A DNA stretch of 63,798 nucleotides, filler included, from Asterionella formosa (Eukaryota): NCBI GenBank assembly GCA_002256025.1. It is 4 parts of 4 records of this genome, joined end to end, with 100 filler letters (N's around TTAATTAATTAA, not from the genome) between each part and the next. Parts side by side here need not be neighbours in the genome. Positions count along the whole stretch, not along the records: positions 1 to 29,901 come from NKIB01000943.1; positions 30,002 to 31,882 come from NKIB01000947.1; positions 31,983 to 33,860 come from NKIB01000948.1; positions 33,961 to 63,798 come from NKIB01000949.1. One strand, given 5' to 3'. Under the pieces are notes generated by a model. It worked only from the letters and a program-made list of their open reading frames with translations. It did no database searches and was not told the DNA's origin. Below are positions 26,275-37,800 of the stretch, piece by piece (position 1 is the stretch's first letter; each line of letters begins with the position of its first letter). Made by a program: the position numbers and the translations under genes.

Positions 26275-27432
26275 GGCTCCGGATATTATGAGTTCGATGA
26301 TATCGGATACACAGACTCGTGTATGTGGGAAAAAGTATTCTCAGAGTAGAATCGTTCAATTAACTGCAATGAAGTAATCAACACTACTGCACAGTCTCTT
26401 GACGTCTGTGTTGCTTGGCGTTCCGGGGAAATTTCCTTTCCTCTAGTTAGTCGTTGTGGGTGAGTGTGCTGATAGTCACTTCAATCGGGTCGTTGTGCTT
26501 AGTATATTGCTTTCTTTAGGGATGCTAAAACCACGTACTCAGTCGTCGTTCATTTTATGTCATAAATTCGATGTATCATTGTTTTTCCAAAGCCCTGTTC
26601 GCTTCTGAATATAAAGGCCGCTGCCATTTGACCTCCTCCAATTGCCCCTCACGGATTTGTGATATTAACGTACTTTATCATAACATGATATACACGCTCA
26701 GATCCAATTGTCCTGGTTCTCCTATGTCCAGTGCCCATACCGGTAGCATGCAATATTCCATGCAAAGGAATAAAAAGGCCTCCCTTCTCATATGATTTTC
26801 ATCAATTCCCAAATTCGGATATGCATGTATGTAGGATGTAGGGAGTACATTTAATATCGAGATGCTCGTACTTTACATAGACCACAGCAGTGACACTGTC
26901 ATGTTATCCCTGGGGCTGTATGTGTAAATACTGCATACGTGTACAATAAATTATGTTAGTATAGTAGTCTTTGAATCTGTTTTGTCCTTAACTCCACAAA
27001 TCTAGGCTAGAGGATTACTTTAACTACTTTAGAGGACCCTATAGGCACCGGCTACCGGTACCTGGTAGTTGATTCGGCAGGATCATCGGGAACCCTGTAA
27101 CCGCACTTCTGGGCGTCCTAGCATATCCTGGTAGTTGGAGTGTAGTAACCAAATGGCTATATTAGCAAGACAATGCTGTCAGCAGCTCCTTCCTTCCCCT
27201 TTCTCGAGCTATTGTTTATCCTTTAACCTGGTATTTGGTTGGGTAGCAGGGTAGCAACTGCATGCATGTAGTTCTGTTTCTACACCTTCCATGCCATAAC
27301 ATGCAAATCGCTATCGAAGAACGAATAACGCAAATGTCGCATGGAGCTCCTGTAGTATATACAGACTCCATCATGGATTGGGAAACTAATCTGGAATCAA
27401 AATGAAGCCATAAGCTATTTGCAAAATTGGAT

Positions 27433-28605
27433 TTAATCGAATGCACCATCAAACCAAGCACCCTTTCGTTCCACAATTTGAGTCTCCGTTTTTGGTATAA
27501 TGAGGCTGCTACTAGTAGGTGGTGAAAGGGATTCCAGTCGACACTTTTCACGTAGGATCATACGTGTCAACCATTCCAATCGATCTTGCATTCGTTCCAA
27601 TCCCAACAGAACTTGAAAATCCAACACTGGGTCTAGATTCATTTGAATGAATTCCATTTGACTTTCGACTTCCATCTCTTCTAATTGTTGTACCACATTT
27701 GCAGCTAAATCCTTTTTTCGAATAGGCAATATCAAAGGTCCTCCCTTGCTTCTAGCTGCTGCTATCATGACTTCATTGGCATTTGTCAAAGCTATTCGTT
27801 CCTGGAAATCACGGATGGTATAGCATAGCGATTGCCACACTTCAGCCATCTTGTAGACCTCCGATTCAGTTTGACACTTGTTGCATTCTGGCAGGATGAC
27901 GGGAGCATTGGTGGTGCTGTTATTGGCATACATAACCCTAACTGCGTTATAAGCGTCCGTCAATTGAATCAAAACATTCTGGGTTTGATTTTCCTGGTAC
28001 ATACTTAGTATCGGAGCCCGAGGTTTGACGTGCGCGATTCGATAGTTGTTGTTGGATGGTTGGTGGACACTAAGGATGGAGTGTATTGTAACCACCTTTT
28101 CTGGTCGACATGTGGACACTACCCTCCGAATGGCTCCATATTCATCTTGTTGAATATCGACGTTTACAAGTCTCAGGACAGTTCCTAATTTTGCAATTCG
28201 GCCCGTATCTGTGGCTTGAAGTGCTACACAAAATCGGCGATCCTTGCTAGCCAGAACATCCAACATTAGTTGAATGGTACTCGGTTGGACGTTTTGAATT
28301 TTATGGATGGTTTCAGAAGGCAAGTACGTCGCTGGGAGTGGATACAAGGGCAATTCGATGGTATCATCCTCCTGACTCTTCGTCGTCAGTGAAAGATCCA
28401 ACCACGACATGATGTCATAATACGGATTGGCAGCTCGTCGCTCCGAAGCTAACCATTCCAAAGCTGTATTCAATAGCATTCCTTGACTACTAGTACTAAC
28501 GGCAATATTAATATGACGGATGGATGGTATTACTGATGGAGCAAAGCCATTACATGATGTCAGTTGGAACAAGAATCCATAGAACAGTGAAAGGAACAAC
28601 ACCAT
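27433..28605 (-). CDS. Lon protease N-terminal (substrate-binding) domain protein, probably plastid-targeted
   Basis: Intact 390 aa. Signal peptide + NG|FAPS; ELPLYPLPATYLP..RRFCVAL..GRIAKLGTVLRL, and a C-terminal QVLL..DRLEWL, resembling the LON substrate-binding domain. Confidence 0.65.
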   Translation of the reverse strand: MVLFLSLFYGFLFQLTSCNGFAPSVIPSIRHINIAVSTSSQGMLLNTALEWLASERRAANPYYDIMSWLDLSLTTKSQEDDTIELPLYPLPATYLPSETIHKIQNVQPSTIQLMLDVLASKDRRFCVALQATDTGRIAKLGTVLRLVNVDIQQDEYGAIRRVVSTCRPEKVVTIHSILSVHQPSNNNYRIAHVKPRAPILSMYQENQTQNVLIQLTDAYNAVRVMYANNSTTNAPVILPECNKCQTESEVYKMAEVWQSLCYTIRDFQERIALTNANEVMIAAARSKGGPLILPIRKKDLAANVVQQLEEMEVESQMEFIQMNLDPVLDFQVLLGLERMQDRLEWLTRMILREKCRLESLSPPTSSSLIIPKTETQIVERKGAWFDGAFD

Positions 28606-28849
28606 GTTTTGCTTTAGAATGAGATGATGAACTTAAATTTATTTTGTTACATTGCTGAAGTGCACGTGCATGATTATGCCGCAATGATTAGAAATGTCAT
28701 GCATGTATGTAGAACATGGTTAGTATGGTGTAAAACAGTCGATGTGTCGTGGTAAATCACATCATTGTACTCTAACTACTGGTACCCCCGGTATAAGCAA
28801 ATCATAGAATGAGCATCAGGCTTTTCTCGGTGTAGTATTACCCCCTTTA

Positions 28850-29670
28850 GGCCAATCTTAACAGAGACACAAATTATTTTTTGTTGTATCTTCAGAAAAA
28901 AATGAATCTTTACAGAGATACATTTCACAAATATATCACTGTAACAGCAAAACAGTTAGCCGTTTTCTTCATGTCTCTGCAAACGTGTGCATCAGACTCT
29001 GCAAAAATATTTGCAATGTGGTGCTGCACTTCAATTATTCAATGTGTCTGACCATTATCATTACTGTAATGACAATGACTAATAGGCCGGAAGAACCTTA
29101 CAGTTTGGATTTCATTGACAATCTTGATATAGAAGCGGAACAACAGAGCTTTTTGTTAGTTGCAGCAGTCGTTGCATTATCATTTTTGGAGTCCTATGAA
29201 CAAAACTCGAAGCCAGTGCGAATTCCAAAATGGGAGCATCAACGAATTGACAGGAATGAGCATGTCACAAGGCCTCTTCATGAGAATAGCTTTCATTGTG
29301 AATATCGCATGTCTATTGAAGCTTTCAATCAACTAGTACTGGAACTCCTTCGACCTTTCATCACAGTTAATGTTGTCAAATCAAATGCAAGTTCCGGTTT
29401 ATGCAGCTCAAATCAGCATATTTATCCTGATTTGATCCTTGCCATTGGACTTCGCTGGCTTGCAGGCGGAAAACTCATAGACCTTTGTTGTGTCTACAGA
29501 GTTTCTTATCCATCTGTTTATGCAATCACTAAAACATTCCTTGATGCAGTGAACTCCTGCACAGCATTATCAATAAAATTCCTTACAACAAACAAGGAGA
29601 AACAAACAGTGATGAATGGATTCCTAGAAAAAAGCGAGCAACAAATATTTCGTGGATGCATTGGTGCTAT
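28850..29670 (+). mobile_element. PIF/Harbinger transposon 5' part with truncated DDE transposase
   Basis: TTA|GGCCAATCTTAACAGAG terminus. ORF 28985-29755 has YRMSIEAFNQL, LAIGLRWLAGG and FRGCIGAI; homology stops just before the catalytic DG. Confidence 0.8.
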
Positions 29671-29901
29671 ATATCATCTAAGACGCGAAATACGCCACTT
29701 TTCGAAATTTCGTCTACGTATGAGTGTTAATTATGTGGTACTTCACATGCATTAATGCCACTCTTCACGTAAAAAAGATTACTTTTAACGGTTTCATGTG
29801 AAGTTTTAACTGTTTCATGTGAAGTTTTCACAATGAATTTTGAACGCAAGACTGAATTAGTTGATGTTTCAAATAATTCATTTGACTTTTCGAAATTTCG
29901 T

Positions 29902-30001
29902 NNNNNNNNNNNNNNNNNNNNNNNNNNNNNNNNNNNNNNNNNNNNTTAATTAATTAANNNNNNNNNNNNNNNNNNNNNNNNNNNNNNNNNNNNNNNNNNN
30001 N
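29902..30001. other. Artificial contig spacer
   Basis: N44-TTAATTAATTAA-N44 (stop codons in all six frames). Confidence 0.97.
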
Positions 30002-31755
30002 TTTAGTCTAGAGCAGCTAGCAGACATCAAGCCTGAACACATATACAAATGGATGGCTGTGAAGACTTATGGTAAACCAAACCCAAGCCAAAACGACAAT
30101 CCAACATATGGTAGATCAACCTCATTGGAATATTACAAGAAGGCATTGTCCTACTTCATGCCACTCCGGCTCTCGACTTGGAATGTCATGATCAACTGTG
30201 GAAATCCAACCAGATCTGTGCTTGTTCTTGACCTAATCAAGGCTGTAAAGAAAAAGGAGGTCCGCAAGCAGGGAAAAGCATCAGCAGCACGTCGTCCACT
30301 TGAAGCCCAAGAATTTACCAACACAATAAATGCACTTCGACGATGCAAAGACAGTATCCGCCGCTACCAGATGGTTTCTCTATGTTCCTTCCAATTCCAC
30401 ATGGTCGGCCGGATCGACGATTGTGTCCAATTGAAGAAGGAAAACTTGAAACCCAATCTTCGTTTTCCTTTTACCCTGATATGTCAGCTGTGTTGGTCCA
30501 AGAATGTCAAGGATGAGAGGGATGCACCAGATCAATTCCTCATGGGTGCAATGGACCCACAGTATTGTGTACTACTTAACTTGGCAATCCACCTCGAGAC
30601 AGAAGGAATGTCCAATGGCAGCTCATTGGAGAATGACTGGGTTTTTCCTCTTGGAACCGATAATCCTCGGAATGCAAAAAATAAGGCATATCGTATCCTG
30701 CGAGATGAAGTTTGGTCAGGTAGTGAGTTCAACAAGCTTGGCATCATTGGATTAATTGGAACACACAGCCTTCGTAAATATCCCTCAACCCATGCACGAA
30801 GGAATGGATGCTCCCGCGATGATATAGATTTCCGCGGTCGCTGGAAACGACACACAAAGCAAGTAGACACTTACATTGATGTTGATCTTCCATATCCTGA
30901 TGCCAAGGTGGCAGCAGCCCTGTGTATTGGAGGAGCATGTAAGTATGTGCTCAAAGAGAGTTGCGGTGTGACTGATGATTGGCTTTTGGAAACTGTTGCT
31001 CCAAATATTCTCCTGCAGTTCCCACGTGAAGTAGCATTGACGCTAGCACGGCCACTACTATTGGCCGTTTTTGAGCCACACCTACAGGGCTACCAGATAC
31101 ACTGACAGAGCGCGTCAGGTCAGCATACGCATTTGTGCGTCGCCTTCCAGCAGCTGCCAATCCAGTGGAAAAAATTCCTATTATTATTACTGGTGCAGAA
31201 GGTGAGGTATATATTGACGAAATTGGTGCGGATCTCGATCAAGGTGTATGCAAGGTGGTACCACAAGGGGAACAGCCCCCAGCAGGTGGAGCACAACGAC
31301 GACTAGCTGGTCAGCAGAGGAATGTGGTACTTGGGCTGTATTCACTGCAGAAGGAAACACAACGAGACATGAAAGAGATGCAGGCGCAAATAGTGGTACT
31401 CAAGTCAGCTATGCAAAAGGGGATGACAAAGTTGAATACAAGTCTCAATCGCCTTACAAGAATGTCAGGGCAAAGGTTTAAAGTTGATGGTCTCAAGCTC
31501 GCCCCTACAGCTGCGCCCCCAACTTTCAATGATGGGAATTTCGAATTTCAGGCTCCAGGAGTGAATAACAATCAAAACGACAATGAACTACAAGTCGAAA
31601 ATGAATTCGGATTTGATGTGGGAGTAATGGTTGTGGAGCCAAAATACCACAGCAGTCTTAGAAAGACCCCAAAGACACTCTTTGTACTCTGGCAGGAGTT
31701 TGAAGTGGGAATTGGTGGTCGAAAGCCTGCTAGGCTATTTACAAGGGTTAGGGTT
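30002..31755 (+). mobile_element. Crypton-type (CryptonS-like) tyrosine-recombinase transposon ORF with GCR1_C-like C-terminus, one frameshift
   Basis: ORF 30053-31105 (open from the contig start) has the YR catalytic set GRIDD, WSKNV, GTHSLRK, RGRW, VDTY. After a frameshift near 31092 it continues PDTLTERVRSAY..NPVEKIP..KTPKTLFVLWQEFEVGIGGRKPARLFT; it appears truncated near 31750. Confidence 0.85.
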
Positions 31756-31882
31756 ATGCACCCACTTGCCGACAACCACATCACTTCGATTTTCTCCATC
31801 AATTCATGCCCAATAGCACTCCGAAGATTTGCAATCGATAACACACACTAATTCGAATAGATATTTAGTTTAGCATTTCAAA

Positions 31883-31982
31883 NNNNNNNNNNNNNNNNNN
31901 NNNNNNNNNNNNNNNNNNNNNNNNNNTTAATTAATTAANNNNNNNNNNNNNNNNNNNNNNNNNNNNNNNNNNNNNNNNNNNN
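31883..31982. other. Artificial contig spacer
   Basis: N44-TTAATTAATTAA-N44. Confidence 0.97.
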
Positions 31983-33365
31983 GTCGCACTCACTTGTCAA
32001 CTTGGTTCGTAACCTGAAATATAACAGCAGCTGCAAGTACCTCGTAACTTTCATTCCAGACTGTCAAGAATGGAATGATGTTAACGAGTTGTACACTGCA
32101 ATCTGTAGATCATTTGGTACTTCCTTACCGGCTCTCTCATGGAAGGTAGGCTCAGACAAGGACGAAAAAATGAGAGATCTCAATACTTTTGTCAATGCCA
32201 TTGACTTGATTCTTCAACATATGAAGAAGAAATGGGTCCTAGTTTCCGATCAGATTAACAGATTGTTTGCTCGACCAGAGCTAAACAAATCTGTTGATCT
32301 GGGTACGCTTCCCTTTCCTTTTCGTGTCATCAACAGCATAATGAAGGGCGACCGCATTGTCTCCATCATTTCGGCTTCCGCAAACAACGAGATTGCCTAG
32401 AGGGAAAGTCATCGCGGGTTTGAGGAATACAATCACCCTTGCAAAATGAATTTAGCAGAAATAGAGCTTGCCTTTAAAGTGGCTATACGGAATGACGGCA
32501 AAGAAATATTAAAGGTGACTGGTGGGGTGCCCTTACAAGTGAGGAATCTGATTTCCTTCAACTTTTCAATTGCCAATTATGAAAAGGGTGAATTGTGCTC
32601 AATTCTATTTTCTCTTGGAAAATTGCATGACACGAAAACGGAATTAGAGTATGAGGGTATCACAATATCAGCAGTTGGTTGCATTTTGTCAAATACAGGC
32701 AATGCCTTATATTATGACAGAAAGTAATGGAGGGTCCACTCATCACTACGAGCCATTGTTTCCTTTGGTGTTGGTAGCATATCAAACCTTCTTTTGGGAG
32801 GACATACTGGCATATGTCGAAACACACGAGGAATTACTTTTGTTAGTCTGTGCCAACCTTAGTACAACAAATGGCACTCGTGGTCGGATTTTTGAATTTC
32901 TTGGTGATCAAGCACTGTTCAATCAATGCAAATGGTACTTTTTTGAAAGGATTTTCGGCATTGAAGAAATGCAATCTCATTGAAACTTTTCCCCCAAAGA
33001 GTAACTTTCCCTTGATAGATCCCCTTCCCTCCAATGTGTTGCCAGAAATCATGAACAAAAATGGAATGTATGTTCCCCGAAACTCTGATCTCATCTGGAA
33101 GTGTGGCGATAGTGTGTGTGGTGTCCAGGTACATTTTTCCAAACATCACAATGTACTGAAAAAGTTTACAGAAATGTGTAAAAAGGCGGGATGGCTTACA
33201 AAGTTTAAGAAGATTTATTTGCTTTGTTTAAGTCCTGAACAATGTGTTGCTATTTCTGTTCAAAACCTTATTCCTAAAACACAGGGGCGAATCACAGTTG
33301 TTGCACTATGCAAAAGCAGTATACCTTGTCTCAAGACTCTACAATGGCCTAAACCAATGAAATGA
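31983..33365 (+). pseudogene. Crinkler/RHS-type P-loop NTPase + restriction-endonuclease-fold gene, disrupted
   Basis: The contig starts at SHSL (tail of a Walker A GKSH), followed by VTFIPDC, Walker-B-like WVLVSDQIN, SIISASANN, TGGVPL, GRIFEF and GMYVP..DLIW..GVQVH. Stops at ~32398 and ~32725, plus frameshifts. Confidence 0.6.
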
Positions 33366-33860
33366 AGAAATATATTGTTTCAGAATTTGGGGTGCTAGGG
33401 TAAGGGGAGCACGCCTTCTAAGGATCATGTACGCATAGTGCTAAGGATCTATTCTAGAGTCTAGAGACCATTATGAACTGCTTAGACCACTATACTATTA
33501 GGATTCGGTTAGGGTCAAGGGAATCTTCCATGTAGGTGTATCCAGCACTTCTAGGGATGGGTGTTACTTGAGCGATGGTGGTAGCTACAACTAACCCAAG
33601 AAGTGCTATTATTATCATTTTTCTTTGTGCATCACTTAATTTGAATTTGTTTTGAAAATGTATCATCAACGATAACTCAATTTGAACCAAAGTTCATCCA
33701 TTCCAAACATGAGATTGTATCACTATTTTGTGATCACAGTGTATAATCATGGAGTAAGATGGATCTTCAATGACAACAGGCCAGCAAAGATCACCATGTG
33801 TATATCCCTCCAGACCACTATATTGACAATGGTCATCATATCAAGCAGCAGCATAAAATA

Positions 33861-33960
33861 NNNNNNNNNNNNNNNNNNNNNNNNNNNNNNNNNNNNNNNN
33901 NNNNTTAATTAATTAANNNNNNNNNNNNNNNNNNNNNNNNNNNNNNNNNNNNNNNNNNNN
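33861..33960. other. Artificial contig spacer
   Basis: N44-TTAATTAATTAA-N44. Confidence 0.97.
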
Positions 33961-34410
33961 ATGATGTTCTGCTTGAGCTCCGGTGCATAAGGCACATCGG
34001 TGAGTTTCAAGTGTTTTCCTTCGTCAGTAGTCGTCAGGGTCACAGTACCAGAGACAGTTGATACTATCTCAGTTCCATTCCCTACCACGACCGTTTCACT
34101 CACTTGTTTCTTGTCTTCCATCATGCGCACTTCCGTGCAGATGTGAACGGTAGCACTGCTGTTTAACAGCCAGCAATTTCTGACCACGTCACGAGCGAGG
34201 TTAACTTCCTTGTTGTAACTAATTTCGACGCATGTGGCGACGAACATTCCTTGCTGGGTAGATGTAGTCGTTGTGTTCTCTTCCCTTTTATTATTTTTAG
34301 ATGCACTGTTACTATTGCACTCACTTGCGTAGTGTCCCATGCGTTGGCACTTGAAACACTTGATCGTTTTCCTCTTTTCTTTCTGCTCAGGAGTGGCATT
34401 TTACGCTGTC
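33961..34410 (-). mobile_element. Copia gag-protease fragment (runs off the contig end)
   Basis: Zinc knuckle CFKCQRMGHYASEC, protease WLLNSSATVHI (D replaced by N), VVGNG, LTDVPYAPELKQNI. Confidence 0.8.
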
Positions 34411-34496
34411 TAGATATGATGATACCATCAGACCAACAGTGCTATTTACATTATCATATACAAAATCAGAACCGAGTTTGAGTAATAGCATATCTT

Positions 34497-34840
34497 GTTT
34501 TCAATTATATGATTATACAATCCTGAAACTATGATGCTTTACTGTCACACTGTAGTAGCAACAGTCCTGAACATATGGTGTTCTGTTGCTCGCTTACTAC
34601 TCCGACTACCCTCTTTCAGTTTTACGATCATACGATCCTGAAACTATGATGATTTACTGTCCCGCTGCAGTAGCAGCAGTCATGAACATATGGTGTTCTG
34701 TTGATCGCTTACTACTCCGACTATTCTTTTTCAATTTTATGATCATACGATCCTGAAACTATGATGATTTACTGTCCCACTGCAGTAGCAACAGTCCTGA
34801 ACATATCATGTTCTGTTTCTCGCTTACTACTCTGACTACC
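34497..34840. repeat. 115-bp tandem repeat, 3 copies
   Basis: TCCTGAAACTATGATG recurs at 34521, 34636 and 34751. Confidence 0.9.
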
Positions 34841-35001
34841 CCAAGTATATCACTTCCTACCTGCTACTGGTACTCTGTATATATATATAATAAAATGTTA
34901 TTGTCATATAATGTACCGGTACACATAAAGAATTCAAGCCCAAAAAAGGGGCTTAAACAATTTGCTACCAAAATCCTTGCGTATAAATTATAATACAAAT
35001 G

Positions 35002-36831
35002 CGTCTGCAAATAAAAATTATCATACATATAATGATCAGGGGTATTGTACGATAACTGGCATAGAATTTTTCTGTGCATGATACGCGTTTTGTTATTTGT
35101 GTTACAGGTACATACTTTATATATGAATATTTGATAAGCATTCTTATACTTATAATATTTGATCATATTGTTCTAATATGGATCCATATTGACTCATAAT
35201 GGTAACCACAAAGTAATCATACAAATACAGTAAATGAGTAACAACAACAACTCTAGTCGAAATCACTACTTCTCTTTGAATTTAAATTGCTCTTCTCATG
35301 ACCATGAGTTCCTAATAGTATTTACAAGACCATCATCGATTTACCTTAGCTACATCCTATATTGTGTATTTGTTCATCTTATAGCCATATTATTACCATC
35401 GTATCTCTATGAAGTATTTGTCCAAAATATGTGGAAACGGATTGTAATTTAACTACTAAATTTAGAATTGTTTCAATGTATCTATAGAAACAGTTACCTC
35501 ACACCGTCTCACTCCTGATCATTCTCTTGTCTGCTTCTTCCCTGCTACCCCATTTCTGACACAACTGTAGCTGCCCACTTCGTCATTTCCCTTGTACTTG
35601 TCTGATTCCGAAGGATGAACTGATGCCGCTGATAGCGGCGGGTTGCCTCTCCTCATTCCCTTCTTCTCCGTATCAGAGCTTTCCTTCAATATAAGTATTC
35701 ATATTAATGTTGTAACAACTGCGAAGCAAATACTTGTTAGCCATATTATTTTTATGCAACAACATGCAGTTCCATTCTATTTTCATTTACCATGAATAGA
35801 TTTATTCAGTCACACAGGTTTTCCCATCACAATGTGTCCAACGATCCATTTCGATTGTTCACTGTATTAACTAATGGGAAGGAATTGTATGTTAGGCTTG
35901 TCTTGTCTAGCTTTTAATACAACAGGCAGTTCCAATCATGATGATATGGTCATTTACCGCAACAATGATACTAATCCATGTTCAGTTCTTTCCATATTCC
36001 TCAATAAATTGCGAAGACATTGATGTTCAGAACTTCCCTATACTCTTTGTATACAATTACCCTGATAGATATAAATGGATGTGTTACTTATGTTCTAACA
36101 GGTGATTCTTGTGAGCATTGATCCAACGACAGCACTTACCGCGACCGTCATTTCTTCACATTTAATTTGTCCCCGAAAGTATGCATACACAAGTAAGCAA
36201 ACAAACACTTGAAGAGAATGCACGCATTGAGTTACTGGGCGCGCTCTGATAATAAAAAATTATTATATCATGTGTATTATAACACAAATCGTTGTACCCA
36301 TAACCCCAAAATTTGTGTTTGTGTTGACCAAATTTGGTAATCCTGGTAAGGAGACAGGAATATGCTTTGAGACAAGTGGAGAGGTGAGAAACATTCCTCG
36401 GGTAGCTGTTGAAACAGAAAAATCATTGTTAAATTTTTTAATTAAAGTACGATCTATTCCAATCCTTTTTGAACAATGCTTGTGATTAGAATTATGATCA
36501 TGTTTAAGATAGATTTACTATGAAGCAATTCACATGATAGCATAGAGTTTAGCTGATTTTAGGATGCGTTGTAGTAATAATTTACATTCGGCGATGAGAA
36601 GGTTTATGATATTGATGAGAAATGTTGTTATCAGTTGAAATACATTCTGTGATGATAATGTTCTTTTTATCATTATACTTCAAGGTCGGTAAAATATGAA
36701 TAATTCATCATAGTTACAAGATACCTTGATCATATTTTTGATCCAAAAATTATCATATGTACAACAATCCTGTGCCACTTAGCGTACGATACCCTTGATC
36801 CTATATGCATGATACTTTTTATTTGCAGATG
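35002..36831. mobile_element. Second element of the CGTCTGCAAATAAAAA TIR family (non-autonomous)
   Basis: Left end CGTCTGCAAATAAAAATTATCAT; the right end ~36730-36831 is the near-identical reverse complement of ~8080-8180. Confidence 0.7.
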
Positions 36832-36883
36832 ATGACAATGCAGTACTTATGGGCAAGGTGGAATACGTGATCAATGCAATCCT

Positions 36884-37800
36884 TCACAATTGCATCTTTT
36901 CCTGGATCTCGTATTTGACATATTTATAGCAAAATGATAACACACAAAATGATTGTTTACCGCTTGATCTTTTGAAGTAGACGACAATCACATAGTTACT
37001 GCCATGATGAAGTGGATGACAAGTGCCCTCATATTCCTTCCCACCGAACTCATCTTCGTCTTCATCTGGGTTATCATCGACATCAAATAACGCATGAAAA
37101 TCAGCCAGTTGGATGAATGTCATGAATAATATATTGGATTGTGGAGGTGATGGTTTCAAGATCTCAATATGCCAGATCTCGAAAAGTAGATGAATAATCC
37201 CTGAAATCTTCAGTGCTATGAGTGTCAACGGCGTAATGCCATATTTCTTGAGGCGCAAATGTCTACACAGTTCCTTCCAAGGTCGGAGTTGTGTTACTGT
37301 TTTCGGAAAATGCAGGAACATTGCATCGGCAGAATAATTCTACATGCCGACTTCTCAGCATAATACCTTCATGATTGTTGTTGGTGATTTTACACAGAAG
37401 TTTTTCTGTTATATGATTCGAGAAATCATTTATATCTTGATTTCATAATTAGCTTCCGTGCCAACGCATTACGTGTTGTAGCCTTTATCTCAATCTTGTT
37501 GAGTTTATGGTGTCGATTTCCATATCAATTTCCCTGAACGACTGCTTCTCGAATATAGTAGCGGCTTTCAAAAAATCATCAGCTACATTAGTAAAACTTT
37601 GATCAATAACAGGATATTCATCTTGATCTTTATGCAAATTTGGAACACATTCATGATGTTTATCTTCACATTCTGGAATAGGGCGAATTTTTCGTGGTTG
37701 TGGAACTTTTCGACCATTCCTTCCTCATCAGTACCGTCTCCCACATTTACGTTAGTTTCATTATCTAATGAATGTAATTAACTGAGTTCTTCATCATTAT
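36884..37800 (-). pseudogene. Degenerate coding-like sequence of unknown family
   Basis: 145-aa ORF with protein-like composition (KYGITPLTLIAL, DDNPDEDEDE) and broken upstream frames; lies in a TE-rich region. Confidence 0.3.

Noticed and set aside
29946..29957. TTAATTAATTAA as a regulatory or recombination site
   Set aside because: Six-frame stop linker centred in N runs; synthetic.
28985..33365. Apparent cluster of Harbinger transposase + tyrosine recombinase + NTPase-nuclease as one composite system
   Set aside because: The three lie on different contigs joined by artificial spacers, so their adjacency is unsupported.
34497..34840. CRISPR-like array
   Set aside because: Contiguous 115-bp tandem copies without variable spacers.
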